A program made the position numbers and the translations under genes. From Promethearchaeota archaeon (GTDB taxonomy: Archaea; Asgardarchaeota; Lokiarchaeia; Sigyniarchaeales; SOKP01), in NCBI GenBank assembly GCA_048938005.1, contig JBHLMQ010000018.1:1-51211 (forward strand): a stretch of DNA of 51,211 bases, read 5' to 3'. The notes under the pieces were generated by a model. It saw only the letters and a list, made by a program, of their open reading frames with translations. It was not told where the DNA came from and ran no database searches. Shown here piece by piece: positions 38,402-48,018 of this stretch. The stretch's first letter is position 1. Each line of letters opens with the position of its first letter.

Positions 38402-39577
38402 TTATATCATATCTACAAATTTTCCAGATTTAAGAAAATCACAAGGTTTTAGATATGATTTACCTAATTTTTCAGCAGTTTCTTCCAAAAGTTTAACTAG
38501 TCGTTCATAGTTCTTAGTAGCATATTCCATCGGCCCTGGAAAATTCATACCTGCTAAGATAGCTTCATCGATTACTTTCCAGCTTGATACTACTCCTTCC
38601 TCTAAGATTCTACACCCTTCATTGGCATTTATTGCATTAAAAATCTCTTGATTAACAAGACCTGCTTTTTTAGAGAGATCGGGTTGAGGTCTTCCCTTTG
38701 ACCAGTCATAAAATCCTATTCCTGTCTTTTTACCTAGAGTTCCTTTTTCTATTTGCATTCTTAACACTTTCCCGGGTTTAAAATCAGGAGAAAGTTTTTC
38801 GCTATAATAAAGTGATCCATGATAAGCAATATCACGCCCTGTAAAATCTGCTAAAGTCAGTGAAGACATTGGAGTATTCGGACCAGTTAGATCTGCATCT
38901 ACGTGTTCCCATGGAATACCCTGTTCATATGCTAAATCAATTATATAATTAAAATAAATGCCTCTTGGTGCAAGTACACGATTAACAATAAATCCAGGTC
39001 GATCCTTCTGTACACGAGCAATATATCTTTCTCCTCTCAAACAAGGCAAAGATTTCGAAACTTCAACTCCTATATCCATAGATTCTTCTGAGCTTTTATC
39101 ACCCTTAATAACTTCAATAAGACGCATTAACGGAGCTGGATTAAAAAAATGCATTCCTATTACATTTTCAGGCTTACTACATTTCTCGGCGATCTCAGTG
39201 ATACTCATTGTGGAAGTGTTCGAAGCAAATATACAATGATCAGGAGAGTTTTCAATAACATCTTTACATAGATTTTGTTTTATATCTAATTTTTCTATAA
39301 CTGCTTCAATTACTAAATCTGCATCCCTAACAGCTTCAATGATATCTTTAGATGTTTTTAATTTTCTTATATAATCTGCTGCAGTTGAATCTTCAGGCAA
39401 CTTACCTTTCGATTCTAATTTCTCAAATCCTGTTTTTATGTAATCCAAACCTTTTTCAATAATTTCATCACTTATGTCAACCACTGTGACATTGTAACCT
39501 GCCATTAAGCAAACCTGGGCGATGCCTTTACCCATATCGCCAAAACCAAGCATAACTATATTCTTAACATTTGTCAT
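38402..39577 (-). CDS. 3-hydroxyacyl-CoA dehydrogenase
   Basis: GFGDMG, IEAVIE, ASNTST, GMHFFNPA...LIE and PGFIVNR motifs; duplicated C-terminal domain. Confidence 0.93.
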   Translation of the reverse strand: MTNVKNIVMLGFGDMGKGIAQVCLMAGYNVTVVDISDEIIEKGLDYIKTGFEKLESKGKLPEDSTAADYIRKLKTSKDIIEAVRDADLVIEAVIEKLDIKQNLCKDVIENSPDHCIFASNTSTMSITEIAEKCSKPENVIGMHFFNPAPLMRLIEVIKGDKSSEESMDIGVEVSKSLPCLRGERYIARVQKDRPGFIVNRVLAPRGIYFNYIIDLAYEQGIPWEHVDADLTGPNTPMSSLTLADFTGRDIAYHGSLYYSEKLSPDFKPGKVLRMQIEKGTLGKKTGIGFYDWSKGRPQPDLSKKAGLVNQEIFNAINANEGCRILEEGVVSSWKVIDEAILAGMNFPGPMEYATKNYERLVKLLEETAEKLGKSYLKPCDFLKSGKFVDMI

Positions 39578-39689
39578 TTATTTCAACTTCAGTTTTTTAT
39601 AGATATAAGTTATAAATATACATTAAACATTAAATAATCTTTTAAAATAAGGTTTAGTAGAATTTATAAGTTGATGGATCTTTAGAACT

Positions 39690-39704
39690 TTACTAATCTA
39701 TTTC
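39690..39704. promoter_or_regulatory. 15-mer TTACTAATCTATTTC, copy 2 (divergent region between the dehydrogenase and molybdoenzyme copy 2)
   Basis: Identical to 36310-36324. Confidence 0.4.
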
Positions 39705-39709
39705 TTAAA

Positions 39710-39790
39710 AGAGAGAAAAGTAAGAAGAGAATCATAATAATAAATTAAAGAGAAATGTTGACGATCCTCAGTCTTCTCTGTATTCTCTCT
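39710..39790. other. Bipartite inverted repeat, possible RNA stem-loop
   Basis: AGAGAGAA (39710-39717) pairs with TTCTCTCT (39783-39790); AGAAGA (39723-39728) pairs with TCTTCT (39772-39777). Confidence 0.35.
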
Positions 39791-39911
39791 AATGAATAGA
39801 TAAAATAGTGATCAAATTTTCATTAACACATTTCATAAAAAGTATTTAAACACCGTATATTTTTTCTAGTTAAAATTTGGTATAAAATCAATAAAGGGTT
39901 GTGAATTTAAA

Positions 39912-42185
39912 ATAGAAGCAAAAGAGAATAATATTAAAATAATTAAAACAGGTTGTTGTCACGATTGTGGTGGACGTTGCGTTCTAAGAGCTCATGTAAA
40001 AAATGGGAGGATTATAAGACTTGAAACAGATAATGGGGAACAACCACAGTTAAGAGCTTGTTTGCGAGGGAGAGCATATAGGCAGCGAGTTTACTCGGAT
40101 GAAAGACTTAAATATCCTCTACGTCGAGTTGGAGAGCGTGGCGAAGGACTATTCGAACGGATATCTTGGGATGAAGCACTGGATGAAGTAGCTTCTAAAA
40201 TTAAAAAGATTAAGAAAAAGTATGGTAATGCTGCGATTTTACTTGTTCCAGGTGGAGGTAATCAAGGAATGCTCCATGGTGTTGTACCTCATGCTTTAAT
40301 GCTTCATCAAATTGGAGGATATACACGAATGTGGGGAGCTCCATCATATGAAGGCGCGCTATTTGCTTCTATGGCAACTTATGGTACAATGATGACTGGT
40401 AATGCACGTGAAGATTTACTGAATTCTAAGCTTATTATAATGTGGGGATGGAATCCAGCAAATACAATTTGGGATCCTGGAACGAGTTTAATGTTAGCTA
40501 AAGTTCGAGAAAAGGGCATTAAAATTATCGCAATTGATCCAATTTTTACTGATTCAGCAGCGATTTTAGCCGATCAATGGATTCCTATCCGTCCTGGTAC
40601 TGATACTGCTATGCTACTTGCTATGGCTTATGTTATTATAACAGAAAATCTTCATGATCAAGCTTTTATTGAAAAACATACTGTTGGTTTTGATAAATAT
40701 AAGGATTATCTACTTGGATCAGAAGATAATCAGGCTAAAACACCTGAATGGGCTGAAGAAATAACGACTATTTCTGCAGATCTTATAAGAAACTTGGCAA
40801 GAGAATATGCTACAAACAAACCAGCATCACTCATTGCCGGATGGGGCCCTGCGAGAACGATGTTTGGTGAACAATATTCAAGAGCAGCTAATGTCTTATG
40901 CGCAATAACGGGTAATATTGGAATTAATGGAGGATATGCTTCTGGTTTTATGAGAGCATATTATAGTCGCGAGAGAATTATTTCAGGTGGGAAAAAGAAA
41001 GTAGGTCCTGTCAAACCAGAAAAAGAGAAACCTAAAAAACCAAGACTTCAAGATAATCCTGTTGATTTTGGCGCACCTCCTCGTAAAGATAGTTTATATA
41101 AATTAAGAGGAGGTACTAATCCGGCAAGTACACGTATACATTGGAATGATTACTATAATGCGATACTAAAAGGTCGCAAAGGAGGTTATCCCGCGGATAT
41201 TAAAATGGCTTATGTTGTAGCAACTAATCGTTTGAATCAATATAGCAATGTAAATAAAGGTATTAAGGCGTTTAAATCTCTTGATTTTATTGTGGTATAT
41301 GAACAATTTATGACTCCTACAGCTCAATTAGCAGATATTGTTTTACCTGTTAATACTTTCCTAGAGCGTAATGATATTACAGTTCCTTGGCTTGGATCAC
41401 CTTATTATATTTATTTAAATAAAGCCATAGATTCTTTACATGAATCAAAATCAGATCTGGAAATATGTAAAGAGCTTTCTAAGAGATTGGGAATAGAACA
41501 GAGCTTATTAGATCTACCTGAAGACCAAATTTTAAGATTGTTTACAGCTCCTCGTAAGGATATTAAAAGCTATAATAAACTGAAGAGGGACGGGTATTAT
41601 AAAGTTAAAGTTGAAGAACCATTCGTTGCATTTAAAGACCAAATTGAAGATCCAAAAAATAATCCTTTTCCTACATTGTCAGGAAAAATAGAAATTTATT
41701 GTGAACATATAGCTGAAAAAAATAATCCATTAATGCCTCCGATTCCAACATATCTGATTCATGAAGAACATTATGATTCTCCTAAAGCTAAGAAATATCC
41801 TTTACAATTACTTACACCTCATAATAAAAGACGAACTCATTCAACTTTACATAATATTCCTTGGTTAGAAGAGGTAGAACCTCATGCTGTATGGATTAAT
41901 CCTATTGATGCTTCAAAACGTAATATTAATAACGGTGATTTAATAGATATTTTCAATGATCGAGGGAGAATTAGAATTCCTGCTAATGTTACTGAACGAA
42001 TAATTCCGGGAGTTGTTTGTGTTTACCAAGGAGCATGGTATAATCCAGATAAAAATGGCATAGATTATGGAGGTTGTGCTAATGTATTAACAAAAGACGG
42101 ATATTCTCCAGGTGGAGCTTTTCCTATGAATAGTTCCTTGGTAGAGATAGAATTATCCCCAAAAAAAAAATCGGAAGGAAAATAA
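39912..42185 (+). CDS. DMSO-reductase-family molybdopterin oxidoreductase catalytic subunit, no Tat signal (copy 2); start non-canonical or recoded
   Basis: Frame is open upstream of TTG 40062 and encodes IEAKENNIKIIKTGCCHDCGGRC...QLRACLRG (the FS0 cluster motif). No ATG/GTG/TTG in frame back to TAG at 39867. Body has RLKYPLRR, WGWNP, PGTD, KTPEWA and SGKIE. Confidence 0.9.
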   Translation: MEAKENNIKIIKTGCCHDCGGRCVLRAHVKNGRIIRLETDNGEQPQLRACLRGRAYRQRVYSDERLKYPLRRVGERGEGLFERISWDEALDEVASKIKKIKKKYGNAAILLVPGGGNQGMLHGVVPHALMLHQIGGYTRMWGAPSYEGALFASMATYGTMMTGNAREDLLNSKLIIMWGWNPANTIWDPGTSLMLAKVREKGIKIIAIDPIFTDSAAILADQWIPIRPGTDTAMLLAMAYVIITENLHDQAFIEKHTVGFDKYKDYLLGSEDNQAKTPEWAEEITTISADLIRNLAREYATNKPASLIAGWGPARTMFGEQYSRAANVLCAITGNIGINGGYASGFMRAYYSRERIISGGKKKVGPVKPEKEKPKKPRLQDNPVDFGAPPRKDSLYKLRGGTNPASTRIHWNDYYNAILKGRKGGYPADIKMAYVVATNRLNQYSNVNKGIKAFKSLDFIVVYEQFMTPTAQLADIVLPVNTFLERNDITVPWLGSPYYIYLNKAIDSLHESKSDLEICKELSKRLGIEQSLLDLPEDQILRLFTAPRKDIKSYNKLKRDGYYKVKVEEPFVAFKDQIEDPKNNPFPTLSGKIEIYCEHIAEKNNPLMPPIPTYLIHEEHYDSPKAKKYPLQLLTPHNKRRTHSTLHNIPWLEEVEPHAVWINPIDASKRNINNGDLIDIFNDRGRIRIPANVTERIIPGVVCVYQGAWYNPDKNGIDYGGCANVLTKDGYSPGGAFPMNSSLVEIELSPKKKSEGK

Positions 42186-42754
42186 TGAAACAAATGGGTT
42201 TTTATTTCAATCAAGAACGATGTACTGGATGTTACACATGCTCAATAGCATGTAAAGACTGGAATGACATACCAGCAGGTCCTGTAAATTGGAGAAAAAT
42301 AAAAAAAATTGAAGAAGGTAAATTTCCTAACTTATTTTTAGCTTATTTATCTACTGCTTGTAATCATTGTGCAAACCCTCCCTGTGTAAAAGCGTGTCCG
42401 ACAGAAGCGATCATTAAAAGAGATTCAGATGGGATTGTAGTGGTTGATCATGAAAGATGTATTGGTAAAAAAGAGTGTGGTTCAAAATGCTTAAAAGTTT
42501 GCCCATGGAATGTACCCCAATTTAGTAAGAAAGAAAATGCAAAGATGCAAAAATGTGATTTTTGCTTAGAACGATTAGAGCAAGGACAAAAGCCTATTTG
42601 TGTTGAAGCATGTCCAATGTATGCTCTTGATGCAGGTCCGATAGATGAATTAAAAGAAAAATATGGTAAAATATTTGATGCTGAAGGTTTTCAATATTTT
42701 GAAGAATTCAAACCCTCTATATTATTTAATCCAAAATTAAAGAAATCAAAATGA
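42185..42754 (+). CDS. DmsB-like four-cluster iron-sulfur subunit (copy 2)
   Basis: CTGCYTCSIACK, CNHCANPPCVKACP, CLKVCPW and CDFC...CVEACP; TAATG overlap. Confidence 0.93.
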   Translation: MKQMGFYFNQERCTGCYTCSIACKDWNDIPAGPVNWRKIKKIEEGKFPNLFLAYLSTACNHCANPPCVKACPTEAIIKRDSDGIVVVDHERCIGKKECGSKCLKVCPWNVPQFSKKENAKMQKCDFCLERLEQGQKPICVEACPMYALDAGPIDELKEKYGKIFDAEGFQYFEEFKPSILFNPKLKKSK

Positions 42755-42788
42755 GTTAAATAAAATATTGAAAGAGTAAACTTATTAA

Positions 42789-44033
42789 TTATAGTTCTCC
42801 TTTAGATTTAAGAAATTCTTTATCTTTATTTAAGTAATACACCCAAGCATTTTTTGACATCAAACAATTATCTTGAGCACCTAATGCCTTGAGAAGTTCA
42901 ATATGAAATTTTCTAGCGCTAATATTTTCAGGTTCAATTTGAATGAGCACATCTAGAACTTGAAGTGCGAGTTGTGCTTGGTTTTGGTTAAATAATTCTT
43001 TTGCCCTATTTAAAATCTTTTGTGAATTTCCAATCAGATTAAAAATCTCATTTATCACTTCTTTTTCAGGTCTGGGTAGAAGGTGTGCGGGATTATCATC
43101 AAAATAACCATGATACCATCTATATACGTTATATACAAAAAATTCAACACGAGAGTATAATGGTCTAAGATAAGGATTTTTTTCAAGGTATTTTGGTACT
43201 TTAACTTTATGAATCATTTCTGTAATATGCATTCCTTGGTTTATAAAATCTACGATTTGATCATGTAAAGTGTGAATTACTTCGATATTAGCATCTAGAG
43301 CATCAATAGCTCCTTTATTTTTGAACATTACTCCCGCACCATTACAGAAAACGTATTGAGGCTCTTTAGCACGTACTTCTTCTAACGCTTTTGCCCAATC
43401 TAAAGCAAATCGAGTTGGTTTCCATGGATTCCCTATATTTGGAAAGTGCCTGCCAATCATTAGATCACCTATAAAAGCGGCGTTGATCTCTGGTACGAAA
43501 ACCCAACAAGCATCATCTGTTTCGGCACGAGCCGTATATAATTCGAATGTCTTGTCTCCGAGTTTAATAGTCATTTCTCCTAAAAATGTCTTTGTAGGGT
43601 ATACATATTTGATTGAGTCTAAAGTTTCAGGAACATTAAACTGCACAGCATTAATATGAGCACGATGCTGAGCCAACATTTTGTATTTATCAAATCTATC
43701 TGGTAGATATTTACTCGATATTATCTCAGGATTATCATCCAGAAAAACTGAGGCTCCTCCTACATGATCCATATGCCCATGTGTATAAATAATATATTTG
43801 ATCTTATCATTAATTCTTTCTTTTACCTGTTTTGCGGTGTGTCTCCTGTTCAAAGTATCTATTAATACAATTCCCTCTTTAGTATCAACCCAACCACAAC
43901 TAGCAATACGTAATCTCGCTGTATGAACATCTGGTAGGGGATTATTAAATTTTACATCTAAATAACTAAGAACACGGTTTGCTTGAAGTTTTATTGCATC
44001 ACTTTTTTTTAAATTATTATTTCTTTTTGACAT
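42789..44033 (-). CDS. Alkyl-sulfatase-like metallo-beta-lactamase fold hydrolase
   Basis: THGHMDH, ETDD, GDL...FPNIGNP and YHGYFDDNPAHLLP dimerisation-domain motif. ATG at 44033 preferred. Confidence 0.85.
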   Translation of the reverse strand: MSKRNNNLKKSDAIKLQANRVLSYLDVKFNNPLPDVHTARLRIASCGWVDTKEGIVLIDTLNRRHTAKQVKERINDKIKYIIYTHGHMDHVGGASVFLDDNPEIISSKYLPDRFDKYKMLAQHRAHINAVQFNVPETLDSIKYVYPTKTFLGEMTIKLGDKTFELYTARAETDDACWVFVPEINAAFIGDLMIGRHFPNIGNPWKPTRFALDWAKALEEVRAKEPQYVFCNGAGVMFKNKGAIDALDANIEVIHTLHDQIVDFINQGMHITEMIHKVKVPKYLEKNPYLRPLYSRVEFFVYNVYRWYHGYFDDNPAHLLPRPEKEVINEIFNLIGNSQKILNRAKELFNQNQAQLALQVLDVLIQIEPENISARKFHIELLKALGAQDNCLMSKNAWVYYLNKDKEFLKSKGEL

Positions 44034-44241
44034 ACTAACCAATTCCTTGATACAAGTATAAGAAGTTTTAATCCTTTAATTTTAGAATATATGAATTTTA
44101 ATAAAGTTGATTTCAAAGATTTGAAATATTAATTAAGTTAAATGGATGTTAATCAAAAAAAAGATTTAATTATAATTTATAATAATTCAATTTAAACACT
44201 TTTCAATAAGAAAAAAGTAATGAATAAGAAAGGTTTAAGAA

Positions 44242-45069
44242 ATGTCAACAGAAAAAAAGTTTGAACATGTTCAAATCAAGAAAGCTGAGGAGGGAAATTA
44301 CGCTATATTATCAATCAATCGCCCTGATAAATTGAATGCCCTTCAGAATCAAACACTTAAAGAAATTGCAGAAGCATTAGAAACAGTAGAACTAGACAAA
44401 AGTGTGCGCTGTGTGGTTATACGAGGGACTAAAGAATTCACTAAAAAGCCTGCTTTCTCTGCTGGTGCTGATCTTTCAGCACGAAGAGATTCCCGTCTTG
44501 ATCCTGAAAATTTAAGACATCGCAGCCATGCAATGTATTTAAGGCATAAATATTACGATTTAATTGAAGAATTTCCAAAGCCATTAATCGCTGCTGTCGA
44601 TGGTTATGCTCTTGGTGGTGGATTAGAATTAGTATTAGTGTGTGATATAGTTATTGCATCTAAAAGATCCGAATTTGGCTTTCCTGAAATTAGAAGAGGA
44701 ATCTTTCCGGCTAACGGAGGAACCCAACGCATGATTAGAAATCTTGGTAAAATGAGAGTTAACAGGATGATGTATTTTGGTGAACATTTTACTGCTGAAC
44801 AGATGAATGAATGGGGATTTATTTCCTTTTTAATCGATGATGATAAGTTTGAAGAATTTGTACATGAAAAAGCTTCTCAGATAGGAAATTCTGCGACAAA
44901 TGCACTTTTCGTTATTAAAAAGTGTGTTCAATACGGAACTCAAGTACCTTTGAATGTGGGACTACAATTTGAACACTGGGGCTATGCTTTAAATACAACC
45001 TCACAAGATGTCAGAGAAGGAGTTACAGCATTTCTAGAAAAAAGAATCCCAAAGTTTCAAGGAAAATAA
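44242..45069 (+). CDS. Enoyl-CoA hydratase (crotonase family)
   Basis: NRPDKLNAL, FSAGADL, GYALGGGLEL and FPEI (both catalytic Glu present). Confidence 0.93.
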   Translation: MSTEKKFEHVQIKKAEEGNYAILSINRPDKLNALQNQTLKEIAEALETVELDKSVRCVVIRGTKEFTKKPAFSAGADLSARRDSRLDPENLRHRSHAMYLRHKYYDLIEEFPKPLIAAVDGYALGGGLELVLVCDIVIASKRSEFGFPEIRRGIFPANGGTQRMIRNLGKMRVNRMMYFGEHFTAEQMNEWGFISFLIDDDKFEEFVHEKASQIGNSATNALFVIKKCVQYGTQVPLNVGLQFEHWGYALNTTSQDVREGVTAFLEKRIPKFQGK

Positions 45070-45078
45070 AATTACTCC

Positions 45079-45098
45079 TTTTTTATTTTTTTTTTTTT
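45079..45098 (+). terminator. Oligo-T tract, archaeal-type intrinsic terminator
   Basis: TTTTTTATTTTTTTTTTTTT starting 10 nt after the hydratase stop, between convergent genes. Confidence 0.55.
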
Positions 45099-45206
45099 AA
45101 TCATTATTAATATTAGTTAAATTCAGAGAGAATTATAATAAAAAAAAAATATTAATTTAATTTTGAAGGTTTTCATTAGGCAATAATTAGGATGTCGTTG
45201 AGAAAA

Positions 45207-45515
45207 TCATCTTCCTATATACGCCATAGCTTCCGTTAAAGTACTAAAAGTTCTAATTTGATATCGCAAACCTTCGATATCCTGGAATTCTACTAGGAAT
45301 CTAGCACCATAATCTAGTGCTTCTCCCATATCCTCTCGCTTTACCTCATCAACAACGAAAACTTCAATTCCTTCTTTAGTTGCAGCAACAGCTGCGGGAA
45401 CAACTCGTTTAATGCTAGAAATTACGGGATATTTTTGAAGTGTTTCTAAATATTTCTGAGCCACTTTGTCTGATACAGAAGGGGGATACCATATAAATGC
45501 CACAACATAAGGCAA
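45207..45515 (-). CDS. Small hypothetical alpha/beta protein (102 aa)
   Basis: TTG at 45515 (MPYVVAFIWYPP) lies 7 nt after a GAGGTG RBS; the longer 45800 start overlaps the thiolase and is unlikely. Confidence 0.75.
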   Translation of the reverse strand: MPYVVAFIWYPPSVSDKVAQKYLETLQKYPVISSIKRVVPAAVAATKEGIEVFVVDEVKREDMGEALDYGARFLVEFQDIEGLRYQIRTFSTLTEAMAYIGR

Positions 45516-45682
45516 TTTTTTGCACCTCTTTTTAATTTTTAAATGGGATTTCTCAAGTGAAATCATAAAAAAGTATTTTAAAATCCTTATAAGTTTTACT
45601 TCAATTTCACCATCTCGGTAAATTTTAAAATAAATGAAATTTTTTACAATAGAAAATGTCATAAAAAAAGAGTGAAAATAGA

Positions 45683-46963
45683 ATGAATTTAAAAGAAGTC
45701 TGGTTAATTGATTATGCTCGAACAGCTTTTTCGCGTTCAAGACCACAACAACCTGAAAGAGATGTTTTTGGTGAGATTCGTGGAGATGAACTACTCGCAA
45801 ATTTATTAATAAAGTTTTTTGATGGTAAATTAGCTGATAAAGGCATAACTAAAAAAGATATTGAGGAAGCATCGATAGGGATCGCTTCAGGTGTACTAGA
45901 AAATTGGACCTATGGAGGGAGAATTCCATTATTTTTAGCAAGATTTCCAAATGAAGTATCTTCATTTATGATTGATAAACAATGTGCTTCAGCAGGTGTT
46001 GGGATGCATGCATTGATAATGCATATTATGACAGGTAATAGTAAAAGGGTATTAGCAACAGGTTTTGAACATATGACAAGAGTTCGGAGAGTTGGTATTG
46101 AACCTGAATGGGAACGATTTACTGACAAGAATAGTAAATTTTATAATCCTGATATTGATATCATGAATTCGATAAATATGTTACAAACTGCTCAAAGATT
46201 ATATGAAGAAGAAGTGCCACGGTTTACAAAGGAAGATCTAGATAAATTTGGAGTAAGAAGCCATAATTTAACAGTCAAAAACCATGAAGCGGGATGGTTT
46301 AAAGGTGAAATTATACCAATTGAAGGCCATGTTGAGGGAAATGTTGAAGAACCAATGATGGTAGACAGAGATATGGCAGCAAGAAAATCTACTTTAGAAG
46401 GTGTTGCAGGATTGCGTAGAATAACTACTCCATTTTATTTAGAAAAAAATGGTGGCAAAAAGGGATATATTGAGAGAGAAGGAACTGAAGAAGGTGTAAT
46501 AACTGCAGGAAATTCATCACCTTTAAATGCAGGTGCTACAGCAGCAGTTCTTATGGAGGCTGAAGAGGCAAGAAAAAGAGGATTAGACCCAATGGCGCGA
46601 ATTGTCTCAATTGGATGGGCGGCAGTAGATCCAAGAGTTATGGGGCGAGGACCAGTTCCTGCAACTCGAAAAGCATTAGAATATGCAGGCTTAACAGCAG
46701 AAGATATAGATTACTGGGAAATAAACGAAGCTTTCACAATTGTAACATTGAATTGCATGGACAAATTCAATATTCCAGAAGAAAAGGTTAATATTATGGG
46801 GGGTTCTACGGCGATAGGGCATCCTTTAGGATCAACAGTAATTCGTCTTACTGGAACATTAGCACGCATATTAAAAGACAATAAGGCAAAATATGGTGTT
46901 GCAAATGCGTGTGTTGGTGGCGGGCAAGGATTAGCAACTGTAATTGAAAATCTAGATGCTTAA
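45683..46963 (+). CDS. Acetyl-CoA C-acyltransferase (thiolase)
   Basis: KQCASAG, TAGNSSPLNAGA, EINEAF, GHPLG and CVGGGQG motifs. Confidence 0.95.
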   Translation: MNLKEVWLIDYARTAFSRSRPQQPERDVFGEIRGDELLANLLIKFFDGKLADKGITKKDIEEASIGIASGVLENWTYGGRIPLFLARFPNEVSSFMIDKQCASAGVGMHALIMHIMTGNSKRVLATGFEHMTRVRRVGIEPEWERFTDKNSKFYNPDIDIMNSINMLQTAQRLYEEEVPRFTKEDLDKFGVRSHNLTVKNHEAGWFKGEIIPIEGHVEGNVEEPMMVDRDMAARKSTLEGVAGLRRITTPFYLEKNGGKKGYIEREGTEEGVITAGNSSPLNAGATAAVLMEAEEARKRGLDPMARIVSIGWAAVDPRVMGRGPVPATRKALEYAGLTAEDIDYWEINEAFTIVTLNCMDKFNIPEEKVNIMGGSTAIGHPLGSTVIRLTGTLARILKDNKAKYGVANACVGGGQGLATVIENLDA

Positions 46964-47042
46964 AATCAAACGTTCTATTAAACTTTTTTATTTATTTCAA
47001 TTTAGAAATTTATTTTGGTAAATTTAAGAAAAGGTAATCTTA

Positions 47043-47927
47043 ATGGTTTATATAAATAAAGAAGGAAAATTCAATGAGAACACGTGGTTAATTGATGGAT
47101 ATTTATTTGGAGGAATGGGAAGTCTATCAATGTATGTTATCGAAAATAATGGCATTCGAATGATGATTGATGCCTCTGAAAAAGCAGCAGTACCCAAAAT
47201 TATTGAAAAGTTGAAAGAGTTTAATGTTTATCCTATACATAAGATTTTCCTAACGCATTCTCATTTTGATCATACAGATGGTGTCCATGAATTTCAAAAA
47301 TTGATAAAGGATACAGATATTGAAGTTTTAGCATCGGAAAATGCAATAGAAAATTTAAAAAATCCTAATAAGATTAATGGAGTATTTGGAGCCGAAACGG
47401 AATCAATAGAAGGAGTCACACCATTAAAAGATGATCAAATTATAGATTTAAATGGTTTAGAATTAAAAGTCCTAAATTTTTTTGGGCATACGATGGATTC
47501 TATTGCGCTATTTGATAAAAAAAATAGGAATATATTTACTGGTGATGCAATTATTGATAAATCTAGTATTTATTACTTCCAACCAACTTTCATGCCACCA
47601 GATTTTCATGAAGCAGAATTGTTAAGGACGTTTCAAAGACTTAGGAATATGAAAGATGAGTTGAATTCAATATCATTAGCCCATTATGGAGTATGGAAAG
47701 ATGAAGAATTCGATCAAATAATAAATAGTATGGAAGAATTACATTTTTCTACAAAAAATTCAATTATTAAGTGGTATAAAGAAAAACCTTCATATAATTA
47801 TTTAGCTCTCAAGTTTCATGAAAAATTCATACCCAAGTCGAAAATTATCAAGTTAGGATATATTGATATTCTAGAAAGAAATATGGAATGGCTTGTTGAG
47901 GGTTTAAAAAGAAGTGGATTTATTTAA
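47043..47927 (+). CDS. Metallo-beta-lactamase fold hydrolase
   Basis: THSHFDH, GHTMDS, FTGDA and AHYG motifs. Confidence 0.9.
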   Translation: MVYINKEGKFNENTWLIDGYLFGGMGSLSMYVIENNGIRMMIDASEKAAVPKIIEKLKEFNVYPIHKIFLTHSHFDHTDGVHEFQKLIKDTDIEVLASENAIENLKNPNKINGVFGAETESIEGVTPLKDDQIIDLNGLELKVLNFFGHTMDSIALFDKKNRNIFTGDAIIDKSSIYYFQPTFMPPDFHEAELLRTFQRLRNMKDELNSISLAHYGVWKDEEFDQIINSMEELHFSTKNSIIKWYKEKPSYNYLALKFHEKFIPKSKIIKLGYIDILERNMEWLVEGLKRSGFI

Positions 47928-48018
47928 AATATCAAATATAAATAACAGAAAAAGATTATTTTACATTAAATATTCAATTTAAAAGGAAATATATTATTTA
48001 ACTAAAGGTGATAAAATA

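Noticed and set aside
39700-39800. Possible SECIS element and selenoprotein recoding
   Set aside because: The minus strand has CTGA...GA in the stem but no convincing upper helix or AAR loop. I found no in-frame TGA interrupting a conserved domain.
45516-45800. 197-aa version of the 45207 ORF
   Set aside because: The extension overlaps the thiolase on the opposite strand and crosses an AT-rich promoter region; a clear RBS supports TTG 45515.
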